Source: Candidatus Poribacteria bacterium (lineage in GTDB: Bacteria > Poribacteria > WGA-4E > UBA9662). Taken from it: DNA of 64,000 bases. Shown piece after piece: positions 22,178 through 31,300 of this stretch. Position 1 is the stretch's first letter, and every line of letters begins with the position of its first letter. A model generated the notes under the pieces. It saw only the letters and a list, made by a program, of their open reading frames with translations, ran no database searches and had not been told where the DNA came from. The stretch spans positions 1-64,000 of the forward strand of contig JAYGDX010000198.1 in assembly GCA_046582655.1 (NCBI GenBank). The letters run 5' to 3'. A program made the translations under genes and the position numbers.

Positions 22178-23236
22178 TTGAAAACAGTCAAATTAGGTCT
22201 GATTGGCGCTGGTGGTATCTCACAGGCACATTGTCGAACAATGGCGTCCATTGAGGGGGCCGAAATTATTGCGGTAAGCGATTTAGTCCAAGCTAATCTG
22301 GACCGAGCCAAAGAGAACTGGGGTATTTCAGAAACCTTTAACGATTATAATGAAATGTTGGAGATGGACGAACTGGAGGCTGTGCTGGTTTGTACCCCGA
22401 CAGGTATTCATGGTGCCCCAACAGTGGCAGCACTTCGAGCAGGCAAACATGTACTTTGCGAAAAGCCGATGGAAGCCAAGCTTGGTCCTGCAACTGAAAT
22501 GGTGCGTGCAGCTCATGAAAATGGGAAAATCCTGATGGTGGCGCTGAAACTTCGTTACAGCCCTCAAGTGATAAAAGCCAAAGAAATTGTTGATGCCGGT
22601 ACCCTGGGCGACATTTACTATGTAGAAACGGTTGCCGATCGTCGTCGTGGTAACCCTGGAGGCAGTTTCATCCGCAAAGCCACTGCTGGTTTAGGCGCAG
22701 CCGCAGATATCGGGATTTATGCTTTAGACACGGCCCTATATTTGATGGGACATCCTAAACCGATAGCGGTTTCCGGCATCGCATCCAATGAGCTCAGTCT
22801 TAATAATACCTGGAATCCTGCCTTGAAGGAGACAGAAGTCGAAGATTTTGCCGTTGGTTGGGTGCTTTTTGATAACGGTGCACGTATGGTTTTCAAAACT
22901 TGCTGGGAAATGAATATGGATTCTCTTGGCGGTACAATTTTTCTTGGGAAGCAAGCTGGCCTTCGTCTGGGTGTTGGAGAGGTGCGTGGACCGCAAGAAG
23001 GCGTTACTGTCTATGGAGATGAAGGTGGACGGATCAAAGATGAAACCTTTACCGAATTCGAATCTGTCGATGTCTTCCAACGTGAGGATCAAGCCTTTAT
23101 TGATGCCGTTCGTGAAGGTAAGCCTTCTCCGATTGATCCGGATGGAGTGCTGTTGACCAACGTTATTATTCAAGGTGTTATTGACTCGTCAGAGGCGGGC
23201 GGACGAGAAATTGAAGTTTCCGTGCCAACATTTTAG
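22178..23236 (+). CDS. Gfo/Idh/MocA-family oxidoreductase
   Basis: GLIGAGGI, HVLCEKP, GAAADIGIYALD; TTG start behind AGGAG. Confidence 0.93.
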   Translation: MKTVKLGLIGAGGISQAHCRTMASIEGAEIIAVSDLVQANLDRAKENWGISETFNDYNEMLEMDELEAVLVCTPTGIHGAPTVAALRAGKHVLCEKPMEAKLGPATEMVRAAHENGKILMVALKLRYSPQVIKAKEIVDAGTLGDIYYVETVADRRRGNPGGSFIRKATAGLGAAADIGIYALDTALYLMGHPKPIAVSGIASNELSLNNTWNPALKETEVEDFAVGWVLFDNGARMVFKTCWEMNMDSLGGTIFLGKQAGLRLGVGEVRGPQEGVTVYGDEGGRIKDETFTEFESVDVFQREDQAFIDAVREGKPSPIDPDGVLLTNVIIQGVIDSSEAGGREIEVSVPTF

Positions 23237-23261
23237 TTTTTAACGGGTTGCTGATTACTGA

Positions 23262-23312
23262 AAAGGCTAGGCTGGATTTCTACTATCTTGTGGGAGATCT
23301 AGCCTAGCCTTT
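23262..23312. terminator. Bidirectional terminator between convergent genes
   Basis: aaaggctaggctggatttc...gagatctagcctagccttt long hairpin. Confidence 0.8.
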
Positions 23313-23335
23313 ATGTTACCTATTCAGAAGCAGTA

Positions 23336-24211
23336 CTAAAGCTGTCCCATTCTGCCGGATTGGTAGCTAAGCATAGCTTTTCTGATTTCTGCTTCCGTAT
23401 TGGCCACGAAGGGTCCGTAACGTGCCAAAGGTTGATTCAAGGGTTGACCAGCCAAGATTATTAACGAAACAGGATTCAATGAGGTACTAGTGTGGAGGGA
23501 TAAAAGATCTCCATCTCTGTCAAACTGAATCATCTGTCCTTTTACTGCCATTTCTGCTGAATTTTGTAACCCTACTGCACCTGCTAAGACATAGATTAAG
23601 GCTGTGTGTTTCTCTTTCACATCCAGATCAACGGTAGCATCAGGCGAAAGCTCAACCTTAAAAATGGAAATAGGTGAGAAGGTCTTTACTTGGGAAGACA
23701 CACCCATTACTTTTCCGGCGATGACCTTGATGTAACCAGCATTATCTTGCAGGTCGATGGTCGGTATAATTTCTGCTGGCACATGTTGATAGCATGGATC
23801 TACGTTTTTATGGACCTGAGGTAAGTTGACCCAAATCTGTAACCCTTCCAGCGTTCCTCCCGATTTCCTGAACGTTTCAGTAGCCAACTCGGAGTGGATT
23901 AGACCCGAACCAGTGGTCATCCATTGTACATCACCAGATCTGATATTGGCTTGTCCACCAAAAGAATCTTTATGCTCAATTTCTCCGTTTAATATGAAGG
24001 TGATGGCCTCAAAACCACAATGCGGATGGGCGGGTATGCCTGTGGCTTCTTCTGGATTATAATGCACTGGGCCGAAATGATCGAAAAGCAAAAAAGGATC
24101 AATTTGCATTCGCCCGGAAACAGGAAACGCGCGTGTAACCGGTACACTATCACCCTCGGTTGTCTCAAAACAGTCAAAAATTTTAGTAATCTTACGTTTC
24201 GATTTACGCAT
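23336..24211 (-). CDS. Pirin-family protein
   Basis: DPFLLFDHFG, HPHCGFE, HKDSFG, QWMTTGSGLIHSE, GLQIWVNLP, YGPFV. Confidence 0.95.
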   Translation of the reverse strand: MRKSKRKITKIFDCFETTEGDSVPVTRAFPVSGRMQIDPFLLFDHFGPVHYNPEEATGIPAHPHCGFEAITFILNGEIEHKDSFGGQANIRSGDVQWMTTGSGLIHSELATETFRKSGGTLEGLQIWVNLPQVHKNVDPCYQHVPAEIIPTIDLQDNAGYIKVIAGKVMGVSSQVKTFSPISIFKVELSPDATVDLDVKEKHTALIYVLAGAVGLQNSAEMAVKGQMIQFDRDGDLLSLHTSTSLNPVSLIILAGQPLNQPLARYGPFVANTEAEIRKAMLSYQSGRMGQL

Positions 24212-24446
24212 TAATCACATAATCTCCTTCATAATCTCAATATATCTATCTGATGGTAGTCAAGAATGCCACTAGTTACAAGGAAAATCAGAAACATATC
24301 ATACACTTGTACTAAGATGAATCCAAGCAGGAAACAGCAGTATTTTGTATCTGGTATATGCTAGAATAAGTGAGAACCATCGGAATCATCAGTTACATAA
24401 ATCTTATTCTTTATTTATCTATATATGTCTTTCCATTGGAGACACA

Positions 24447-25430
24447 ATGTCCGGTGTAATATCCCAAGTTAACCTAAATGATTTCACTTCAAATGAGTCG
24501 CAACGCCAGGCGACCTTCGTTCAGACGATAGGAGATGCGCTGGTTGAGATTGGCTTCTTTATTTTGACTGGTCATGGTGTGGATGCCAACCTCGTTTCTC
24601 GTTGCTACGATCACGCGGCAGCATTCTTTAGCCTGCCGGAGAGTGTGAAGGGTGCTTATGGGAAACAGGGGATTAATGGTCAGCGTGGATATACCCATTT
24701 TGGACGGGAGCATGCCAAGGATAGTACTTGGCCAGATCTAAAGGAATTTTATCAGTTTGGACGGACCTTGACTCCTGATTATCCTCTCTATCCCCTGTTT
24801 CTGCACAACATCTGGCCAACGGAGATTGATGGTTTTGAACAGGACTTCAAGAACTTGTATCTCCAACTCGAACGATGTGCCTTTCAATTGCTTGGTGCCT
24901 GCTCACTATATCTTGATCAACCTATGCATTGGCTTTCTGAAATGTCAGAAGATAGCAACACCATATTGCGTGTTGTCCATTATCCTCCACTTGCCAGTAA
25001 TCAGTGTCCTGATGGTGTCCGGGCAGCAGCACACGAGGACATTAACCTGATTACTCTCCTTTGCGGTTCTACTGCAGATGGGCTTGAGATAATGGATCAG
25101 AACGGTTCTTGGATTCCTGTTGGCGCAAATCACCAATATATTATTGTCGATTCTGGAGACATGATGCAAAATTTAACCAATGGCTTGTTTAAGTCAGCCA
25201 AACATCGAGTCATGAATCCTAAAGATGTTACCTCCAACCGCTTCTCCATTCCAATGTTCGTCCATCCACGTAACGATATTGATCTGAGCCCTAGAAAGGA
25301 GTTCTTGGGTAAAACTGGAAACGAGTTACGGTATGAATCAATTACCGCTGGTGACTATCTGTATCGCAGACTGGTTGAGATTGGTTTGGTCAACGAGGAC
25401 GATGACGAACAAAACTGCGCTCCACAATAA
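24447..25430 (+). CDS. Isopenicillin-N-synthase-family 2OG-Fe(II) oxygenase
   Basis: GFFILTGHG, QRGYTHFGREHAK..DLKEF, AAHEDINLITLL, H..RFSIP; ATG 24447 behind GGAG. Confidence 0.92.
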   Translation: MSGVISQVNLNDFTSNESQRQATFVQTIGDALVEIGFFILTGHGVDANLVSRCYDHAAAFFSLPESVKGAYGKQGINGQRGYTHFGREHAKDSTWPDLKEFYQFGRTLTPDYPLYPLFLHNIWPTEIDGFEQDFKNLYLQLERCAFQLLGACSLYLDQPMHWLSEMSEDSNTILRVVHYPPLASNQCPDGVRAAAHEDINLITLLCGSTADGLEIMDQNGSWIPVGANHQYIIVDSGDMMQNLTNGLFKSAKHRVMNPKDVTSNRFSIPMFVHPRNDIDLSPRKEFLGKTGNELRYESITAGDYLYRRLVEIGLVNEDDDEQNCAPQ

Positions 25431-25572
25431 AATTGAAACCCTTTCTTAGTGGGACAGCAAGCGTAATTATCTCGGATTTCCCAGCTGAAGTCGTGCAAAA
25501 GTAAAATTTGTTAGAATAAAGCTTATGAAAGGCGTTCGATTGAGTTATCATTATACCAAATTGGAGAACTCA

Positions 25573-25650
25573 ATGGGTGAAAGATGCAAGGAGGCTCTTA
25601 GTCTCGATTTTGACCGAAAACTGAAGGTCGAATTTTATGGAACCAAACGT
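25573..25650 (+). mobile_element. IS1380-family transposase N-terminal fragment
   Basis: MGERCKEALSLDFDRKLKVEFYGTK resembles the IS1380 start (..FDRRLKLEFHG..); truncated. Confidence 0.6.
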
Positions 25651-25690
25651 TCAGTCGCAAATTCGAAACCACTTTCTCCTCACTGACTTC

Positions 25691-25852
25691 TTATCCGCCT
25701 ACCTTGCCATCAAACCCGTTTTCAGACAGGTCACGGGCGACTTTTCCGTCATCGGACGAGAGTGCTAGGACTGGCTTAGCATCTTGCCCGTGTTTGATCA
25801 AAGGCCCGATGAGAAACATCAGCGTTAAAAGAGGCATCCGAGTAATCCTCAT
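25691..25852 (-). pseudogene. Truncated N-terminus of a LamG-like exported protein
   Basis: GGAGG RBS; MRITRMPLLTLMFLIG..LALSSDDGKVARDLSENGFDGKVGG*, comparable to GKVAQDSSDNGIDGELKGG in the intact LamG gene at 30245-31039. Confidence 0.65.
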
Positions 25853-26006
25853 GATTGTTACCTCCGGAATTAAAACTCAAATCGATCTTGTCGATAATCG
25901 TTTCGATAGAACCATGTAGGGCTGAGTTCTCTGCCAAAAACGGATTCGGCTCAAAATCAGTTGATAGGTTTATAGCGTTATAGCAAACATTGCACAATCT
26001 AACAAT

Positions 26007-26032
26007 TGTATTTAAATTATAATTTTTGTACA
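26007..26032. repeat. Dispersed palindrome, copy G
   Basis: tgtatttaaattataatttttgtaca; 22/26 match. Confidence 0.7.
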
Positions 26033-26148
26033 AGGCAGACGGCGACCAGATTTCCGTCAACCCCTTGGGGATTTTGCAGAACTGGAGGTTGAAAGAAGGT
26101 CAAGTTGATACATTTATGCGTGTTTGTTATTATAGTTACTATGGACCC

Positions 26149-26166
26149 ACATGGTTCATGTGGAAC
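26149..26166 (+). repeat. 18-bp direct repeat, copy 1 (parS-like core)
   Basis: acatggttcatgtggaac, identical to 27286-27303. Confidence 0.85.
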
Positions 26167-26364
26167 GTCTATCGTTTTTGCTTTGGTAGACTTCGATGCT
26201 GATGTATATAGTAAAATAAATATCAGCCAGGAAATTGGTAGTAGAAGCTACCAATTTTTTTATTATTGCCATTGATGAAAGAATTTAAAATGGCATCAGA
26301 AATTGTTGGGAACTTTATCCTTATCATTACTTTTCAGATAGACACCTAACAAGGAGTATAAGTC

Positions 26365-27137
26365 ATGAAAACCTGTAGAATTTTTCTCTCCCTCCTTTTT
26401 TTTACGTCTCTGGTGCTTTTTTAAACCTTTGTGGAAGGAAATTTCATCGCCAGCGCTAAGACGCTTTTCCTTGATGATTTCGGGGATGGAAAGATAGACA
26501 AAGCTTTTAAGTTCACTGGCCAGGACCCAAAGTGGGTTGAAAAAGGAGGGGCTCTCTCCCAGACGAAGAAAAGTGTCGGGGATGTTTGCCATGCTATCAT
26601 CGTCGACAGAGAGTATCCCAAAGCCATTACCATCCAAGCCAAGTTGAGAGTGGACGAATGGGAATCAGGCGCATACGCGAGAAGCGGTATTTCGGTTCGA
26701 GTTAATCTGGCGGGAAACGGGCTTTGTTTTTTGTTTAGTGATCATAGAGTGGCAAAGCCAAGGACTGGAGCTGCTTTCCTGAATGATCATGTCGCTTGGG
26801 GCCCTGGGGCCCGCTTGTCCAATACGAATGGGATGTAAAGGGATGGTACTGGTTTCAACTCCAGATAGACGCAAAGGATAAAATGTACGCAAAAATCTGG
26901 AAGGACGGAAAAAAGGAGCCAAAAAAATGGCTTGCAGAAATTGATTCTAAAATCGGTTTGGGAGGAACTAGAGAAGGGTACCCAGGATTGAACGGTTCTT
27001 CAGGAAATGGCGGAGGTCAAAGCCTTGTTTCTTATGACGAAGTTGAAGTCTGGGATGCAGGAGGGCCAACCCCCCGTCCTGTTGAGCCCGCAGGAAAGCT
27101 GAGTTTAACCTGGGGGAAAATAAAAGCAGGGTTTTAA
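26365..27137 (+). pseudogene. Exported beta-sandwich protein with C-terminal WGKIK motif, disrupted
   Basis: AAGGAG RBS, ATG 26365, in-frame TAA 26422-26424 in the signal peptide; 8-bp duplication tggggccc (26797-26812) shifts the frame; ends PVEPAGKLSLTWGKIKAGF. Confidence 0.85.
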
Positions 27138-27285
27138 CTTATGTCTCCTGATGCTTATGTTGGGGTTGATACGCTTTCTATCGGTGTCAGGAGGTTTTTC
27201 TTTTGTTGTTTTGAAAATTCTAGTTTTTATAAATACTTGCAGGTGATTGTTGAGAAATACTCATAATTTAGTATTCAGCGATCCA

Positions 27286-27303
27286 ACATGGTTCATGTGG
27301 AAC
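27286..27303 (+). repeat. 18-bp direct repeat, copy 2 (parS-like core)
   Basis: acatggttcatgtggaac. Confidence 0.85.
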
Positions 27304-27454
27304 CCTGTTTTCTGGTGTTCTGGGCTGACTAGCCTAAGTTCTTCGGAACTCCGTTAAGCGAATATATAGGCACCGTCGAATGCTTCACCAGTTCGATGTT
27401 CTGCGGTATGTGATTAAACAAGCATACTACTCCATTCAATGGAGGTAACATCAG

Positions 27455-28087
27455 ATGGAACTAGATCTTTATGTCGCTAACATGGATCTGATAGATTTAA
27501 ACAATTGGGTGACAAAAATTTCAGCCGCAGCAAAAACCCAGGGGTTTCAGATAGAATACACCGCTATCCAAATCTCTGATCTAAAGCTAATAGAAGAGCC
27601 GTTAAGTGTCATCTTGGATGAACTTTGTCGTCAACCTGAGTACCAGATAAAATTTCAGGTGCTTGACCCATCTTTGGTATCTACTTATGTTTATAAAAGT
27701 TACCAATCTCTGTTGGCTGAAGGAGAGAATATTTGTTTCTATCTTTCTGCCGAAAATGCAATTTTTGTTCCTTTTGATCACGGATGTCTAGCTAGGAAGG
27801 TCGCCCATCTTTATTATCAGGAAGAAATGTCAAACAAGATTTATCATTTGTATTTGACGCACTTATTGGGACAGGATTCCTATCAAGTAATTAGCCGTTA
27901 TGGAGGTCAAGGCAAAAGTCTTCATCAGGCTAGCAGATCCTTTGATGATCGTCTTGGTGAAGCCGAGAGAGAGTGGAATCGGTTGTACCGTTCTAAAGTT
28001 GTAAAGGGATATAAAATCGTGCGGCCTGAGGTAAGCAATCAGCTCGCGCTGAAATTTCCCTTTCCAGAGGCGATATCGGGTGAATGA
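27455..28087 (+). CDS. Protein with C-terminal WGR-like domain
   Basis: SNKIYHLYL..YQVISRYGGQG..AEREWNRLYRSKVVKGY follows the WGR domain pattern; GGAGG RBS. Confidence 0.7.
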   Translation: MELDLYVANMDLIDLNNWVTKISAAAKTQGFQIEYTAIQISDLKLIEEPLSVILDELCRQPEYQIKFQVLDPSLVSTYVYKSYQSLLAEGENICFYLSAENAIFVPFDHGCLARKVAHLYYQEEMSNKIYHLYLTHLLGQDSYQVISRYGGQGKSLHQASRSFDDRLGEAEREWNRLYRSKVVKGYKIVRPEVSNQLALKFPFPEAISGE

Positions 28088-28367
28088 GGATGGTTATTGT
28101 TGTTCATCCAATGCGTAAACTACGGATTCATGGTTTTGATACAGTCTGGACCGCGGATGATAATGTCTCTTTGATAGGTAGTGCTGGTGGCTCTTAGTTT
28201 TCGGATTCTGTTTCAAAATTGATATAGATCATTTGATTCGTGCGGCTGTAATCTGACATGCCGACAGATATAACTATACTATTGATGAGTCTGTCAATAT
28301 GTGAACAAACCCCGACCTAGGGTATCCTTGACTTTTCAGCGATGGCAAACGGTCAAGTGGAGTTGTC

Positions 28368-28394
28368 TGTATTTTAGTTTTTAACTTAAATACA
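28368..28394. repeat. Dispersed palindrome, copy H (27 bp)
   Basis: tgtattttagtttttaacttaaataca. Confidence 0.85.
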
Positions 28395-28642
28395 ACCGAC
28401 ATCTACATATTATTTCTCGGATGCTGACACACATCGAAACCCGAAGTGGTTGACCCTAAAATTCGGAAGGTGGTTGTGGTAGGCCACACAAAGGGCACCA
28501 ACACCGTCTTGCCAACGACCCCTCGCACCATCCAGAATTTGCTAACCAGTAGGAGCAGATACTGTTATAATCTACCCAAATATGAGAAACACAACTAGGT
28601 TCATGAAACCGTCATGCGTATTTGTGAACTGTAGGGGGAAAA

Positions 28643-29249
28643 ATGTTTAGAGGTGTTTTTTCGCGGTATTTGTATTTGATAAGCGTAGCCCTAGTGGCGT
28701 GTGTTGGTCTTCAGCGTCTATGCAGAAGAGGTAAGGGTCATCGATCCTAAGAGCAGCGCAGGTGAGGAGTTCGTCGTGGGAGTAATGGAGGAAGGCGGGA
28801 AATTCTACCATGACAGAGTCTACACTATGACGGGAATTCCAAAACAGTATCTGGGACTCACCAACATCACGACCTCGGTGGATACCGTAGGAGATCTGGA
28901 TCTTCAGTGGACGTTCAAGATTGACCAGTCTGCCTATGTCTACCTAGGCTTTGATGAGCGTTGGATCCCCCGGAGGACCGAAAGCAAAATCCAAAAAAAT
29001 GATTTAGTAACGGATTCACTAAAACCAGAGAATCCGTGGTTCTATACGCTCCCCATCCCCCAACGGACTACTGGATATACAAATCCAACGACCCTTATCC
29101 TACAGGGCAACGTAACGCTCGATGGGATATCGCAAGGCGGGGGTGATGGGATGTATCGAGTCATTTTTGTTGAAGCAGACAAACTAGCAGTATCATCGCC
29201 CCTGGGGAAACTTGCAGCTAGATGGGGAGAGATCAAATCCTTTAAGTAG
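28643..29249 (+). pseudogene. Exported protein with C-terminal WGEIK motif, frameshifted
   Basis: ATG 28643 signal peptide is out of frame with the ORF at 28701; an internal segment (APHPPTDYWIYKSNDPYP) looks compensatorily shifted; ends AVSSPLGKLAARWGEIKSFK. Confidence 0.75.
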
Positions 29250-29350
29250 CTATATATGCATTGCTGCTTATGTTATGTTTTTTACTGGAATCCCACATCC
29301 AGTCTTTGGGTGCCAAATATTTGACACCCAAATCCAATGATTTATGCTTT

Positions 29351-29376
29351 TGTACTTAAGTTTTAATTTAAATACA
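29351..29376. repeat. Dispersed palindrome, copy I
   Basis: tgtacttaagttttaatttaaataca; 25/26 match. Confidence 0.88.
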
Positions 29377-30059
29377 TGTTTTTTTTACTTTCCAAGTAAA
29401 GTACAGAAATAGACCTAGTTCCTGTGATATTACATTGAATGTATTAAACATTGAATCTTTTAGTACGGAATGGAAAGGGGTTTTGATGGGATAGTATGGT
29501 TTTCTCCCTGCTGGTACTGAGTGTTTGGTTAGTTAAGGTTATCTTCTAGACTTCACGTAATGTTCAACTGTCTCATAGTTCATTTTCTTTACCTGTTTAA
29601 TATCAAGCTTGAACAAATTATGCTGTTTCAGGCCTAGTTTAAAAGCCCTCCAAACCTCTAAAGGGCTAAACATGATTAAGAATGACAAGGTCTCCGATTC
29701 CTGTCCAAGACCACCACTTGCCATCGTCCATGCCAGTACTTGACCTTTTCCTTTCAAACTTGTGTTGAAACCTATGATTAGGTGATGAGCATCATGTATG
29801 AATACTTGATTTAATGGAGGATAGCATTGGAAAGACAGGAATACGCACTTTTTCTATCAGCAAATACATCCATTTGTCCGTTTCTTTCATTCCTTTCTTT
29901 AACTGGTATTGAATTACTGCTTGTTCTAGTTCCATAAGACTATCTCACCTTGTTATTGTTGAGTCATAGATTTTATGTGGTATCAATTTCCTCGTTCATC
30001 TGCATATCCATTTTGAAATAGATGTTCCGAAATCTTACGGTAGGACACTGCACTTGTTG

Positions 30060-30210
30060 TGTACCCAGTTGCTGAACAAGCTTAGGTCTCCTGCTGTTCA
30101 CCTGAAGCCGTATGTCCTGCGAAAGAAAAGCCTGTTTCCCAGCCCGCAGGAGAGGAGGTTGAATATAGTGCGGATGTATTGCTGTAGCTTTAGCCTGTTG
30201 ATGGATGACC
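30060..30210 (+). repeat. Diverged direct repeat (about 150 bp), copy 1, flanking the LamG gene
   Basis: Shares blocks tgtacc, agcttaggtct, gaggttg, agtgcggat and tttagcctgttgatg in order with 31145-31300. Confidence 0.75.
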
Positions 30211-30244
30211 CATTAGCTATAGCTCTACGTTGAGATATGTTGAT

Positions 30245-31039
30245 TTACCTGGCTTTAATCCTTGCCCAGACAGAGGCTAATTTCCCTGCAGACGAAATAG
30301 CAAGTGCTCCTGCTCCTTCAAGTCCCTTAGTCATGATAATGTTAATAGTCTCCTTATCAAAGGCCACATTGAACAAGGCAACCTCATCCATGATGCCTTT
30401 AACAGGGTATGCGAACCCAGGACAATCCCCAATATTTAATGCTCCAGGACTGAAGTCTGGTTTTCCATCAAATGGAGCCTCTGCCTCCACCACCCCATCT
30501 ACATATGACTTGACAGATTTCATATCATAAGTCCCAGCCAGATGGTGCCATTTATCATCAGTTATTATGGAAGTTCCAAATTTCTGGAATCCCCACTTGG
30601 TATTTCCACCACTGGTAAATCGAGTCCAGAAGACCTTTCTACCCGCATAGATATACCCGCTGTAATTTTCCAACAGTCCATTAGCAGTCTTAATAAAAGT
30701 AGCTTGATAGCTTCCGGTAGCTTCAATCTTGATCCAGAGGGTGAAGGAGAAGGAGGTAAGATTTAGAGAATCGTCATGCGGGACTTCGACAAAATTCTGA
30801 TCGATACCAGGAAAAAGGAGAGCTTTGCCGAATTTCCCATTAACCCATTTTACGCCTCCTTTGAGTTCGCCATCAATCCCATTGTCAGAAGAGTCCTGAG
30901 CTACCTTACCTGCACCCTGATTAAAAAGCCAGATACCGACGATGTTTTCGGGCTTAATTTCAGCCTGAGTAAGAGAAGTAAATATCAGAGCAAAGCAGAT
31001 TAAATTCAGAGCCGCCATTGGATAATTATTTGGAATCAT
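30245..31039 (-). CDS. Exported LamG/concanavalin-A-like domain protein with C-terminal WARIK motif
   Basis: Signal peptide, VGIWLFNQGAGKVAQDSS, WVNGKFGKAL, KWHHLAGTYD..YVDG, GIMDEVALFN, AISSAGKLASVWARIKAR. Confidence 0.92.
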   Translation of the reverse strand: MIPNNYPMAALNLICFALIFTSLTQAEIKPENIVGIWLFNQGAGKVAQDSSDNGIDGELKGGVKWVNGKFGKALLFPGIDQNFVEVPHDDSLNLTSFSFTLWIKIEATGSYQATFIKTANGLLENYSGYIYAGRKVFWTRFTSGGNTKWGFQKFGTSIITDDKWHHLAGTYDMKSVKSYVDGVVEAEAPFDGKPDFSPGALNIGDCPGFAYPVKGIMDEVALFNVAFDKETINIIMTKGLEGAGALAISSAGKLASVWARIKAR

Positions 31040-31144
31040 TTTCTATCCCCTTTCTAATTGTTAGTAATACATTTAGACATGAACGATTTTAAGAAATAAA
31101 TGATAGCAACTGATTGACTTCAATGAGATTGGAAAGCATATGGT

Positions 31145-31300
31145 GTACCTGTTGATTTCCAAGCTGTTGAACCAGCTTAGGTCTTCTGATAGTAACATGA
31201 TGCAGTATATCGTTCAAATTCATCTGTTTACCGGTCCGAATTAGAGGTTGGATATAAGTGCGGATATAGTCATGCAGCTGCTGTTTAGCCTGTTGATGAA
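31145..31300 (+). repeat. Diverged direct repeat, copy 2
   Basis: Same ordered blocks as 30060-30210. Confidence 0.75.

Noticed and set aside
28300..28335. gtgaacaaaccccgacctagggtatccttg as an IS200/IS605 or IscB element end
   Set aside because: Only a loose resemblance; the hairpin is incomplete and no tnpA, tnpB or iscB is nearby.
6240..29376. Dispersed palindromes as a CRISPR array
   Set aside because: Copies are 0.6-11 kb apart with whole genes between them, there are no regular 30-40 bp spacers, and no cas genes are present.
29539..29757. 72-aa minus-strand ORF as a real gene
   Set aside because: No clear RBS or recognisable motif; probably the tail of a decayed gene, left uncalled.
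6240..31300. Classical integron with attC cassettes
   Set aside because: No intI gene, no RYYYAAC...GTTRRRY attC structures directly after stop codons, and the genes lie on both strands.
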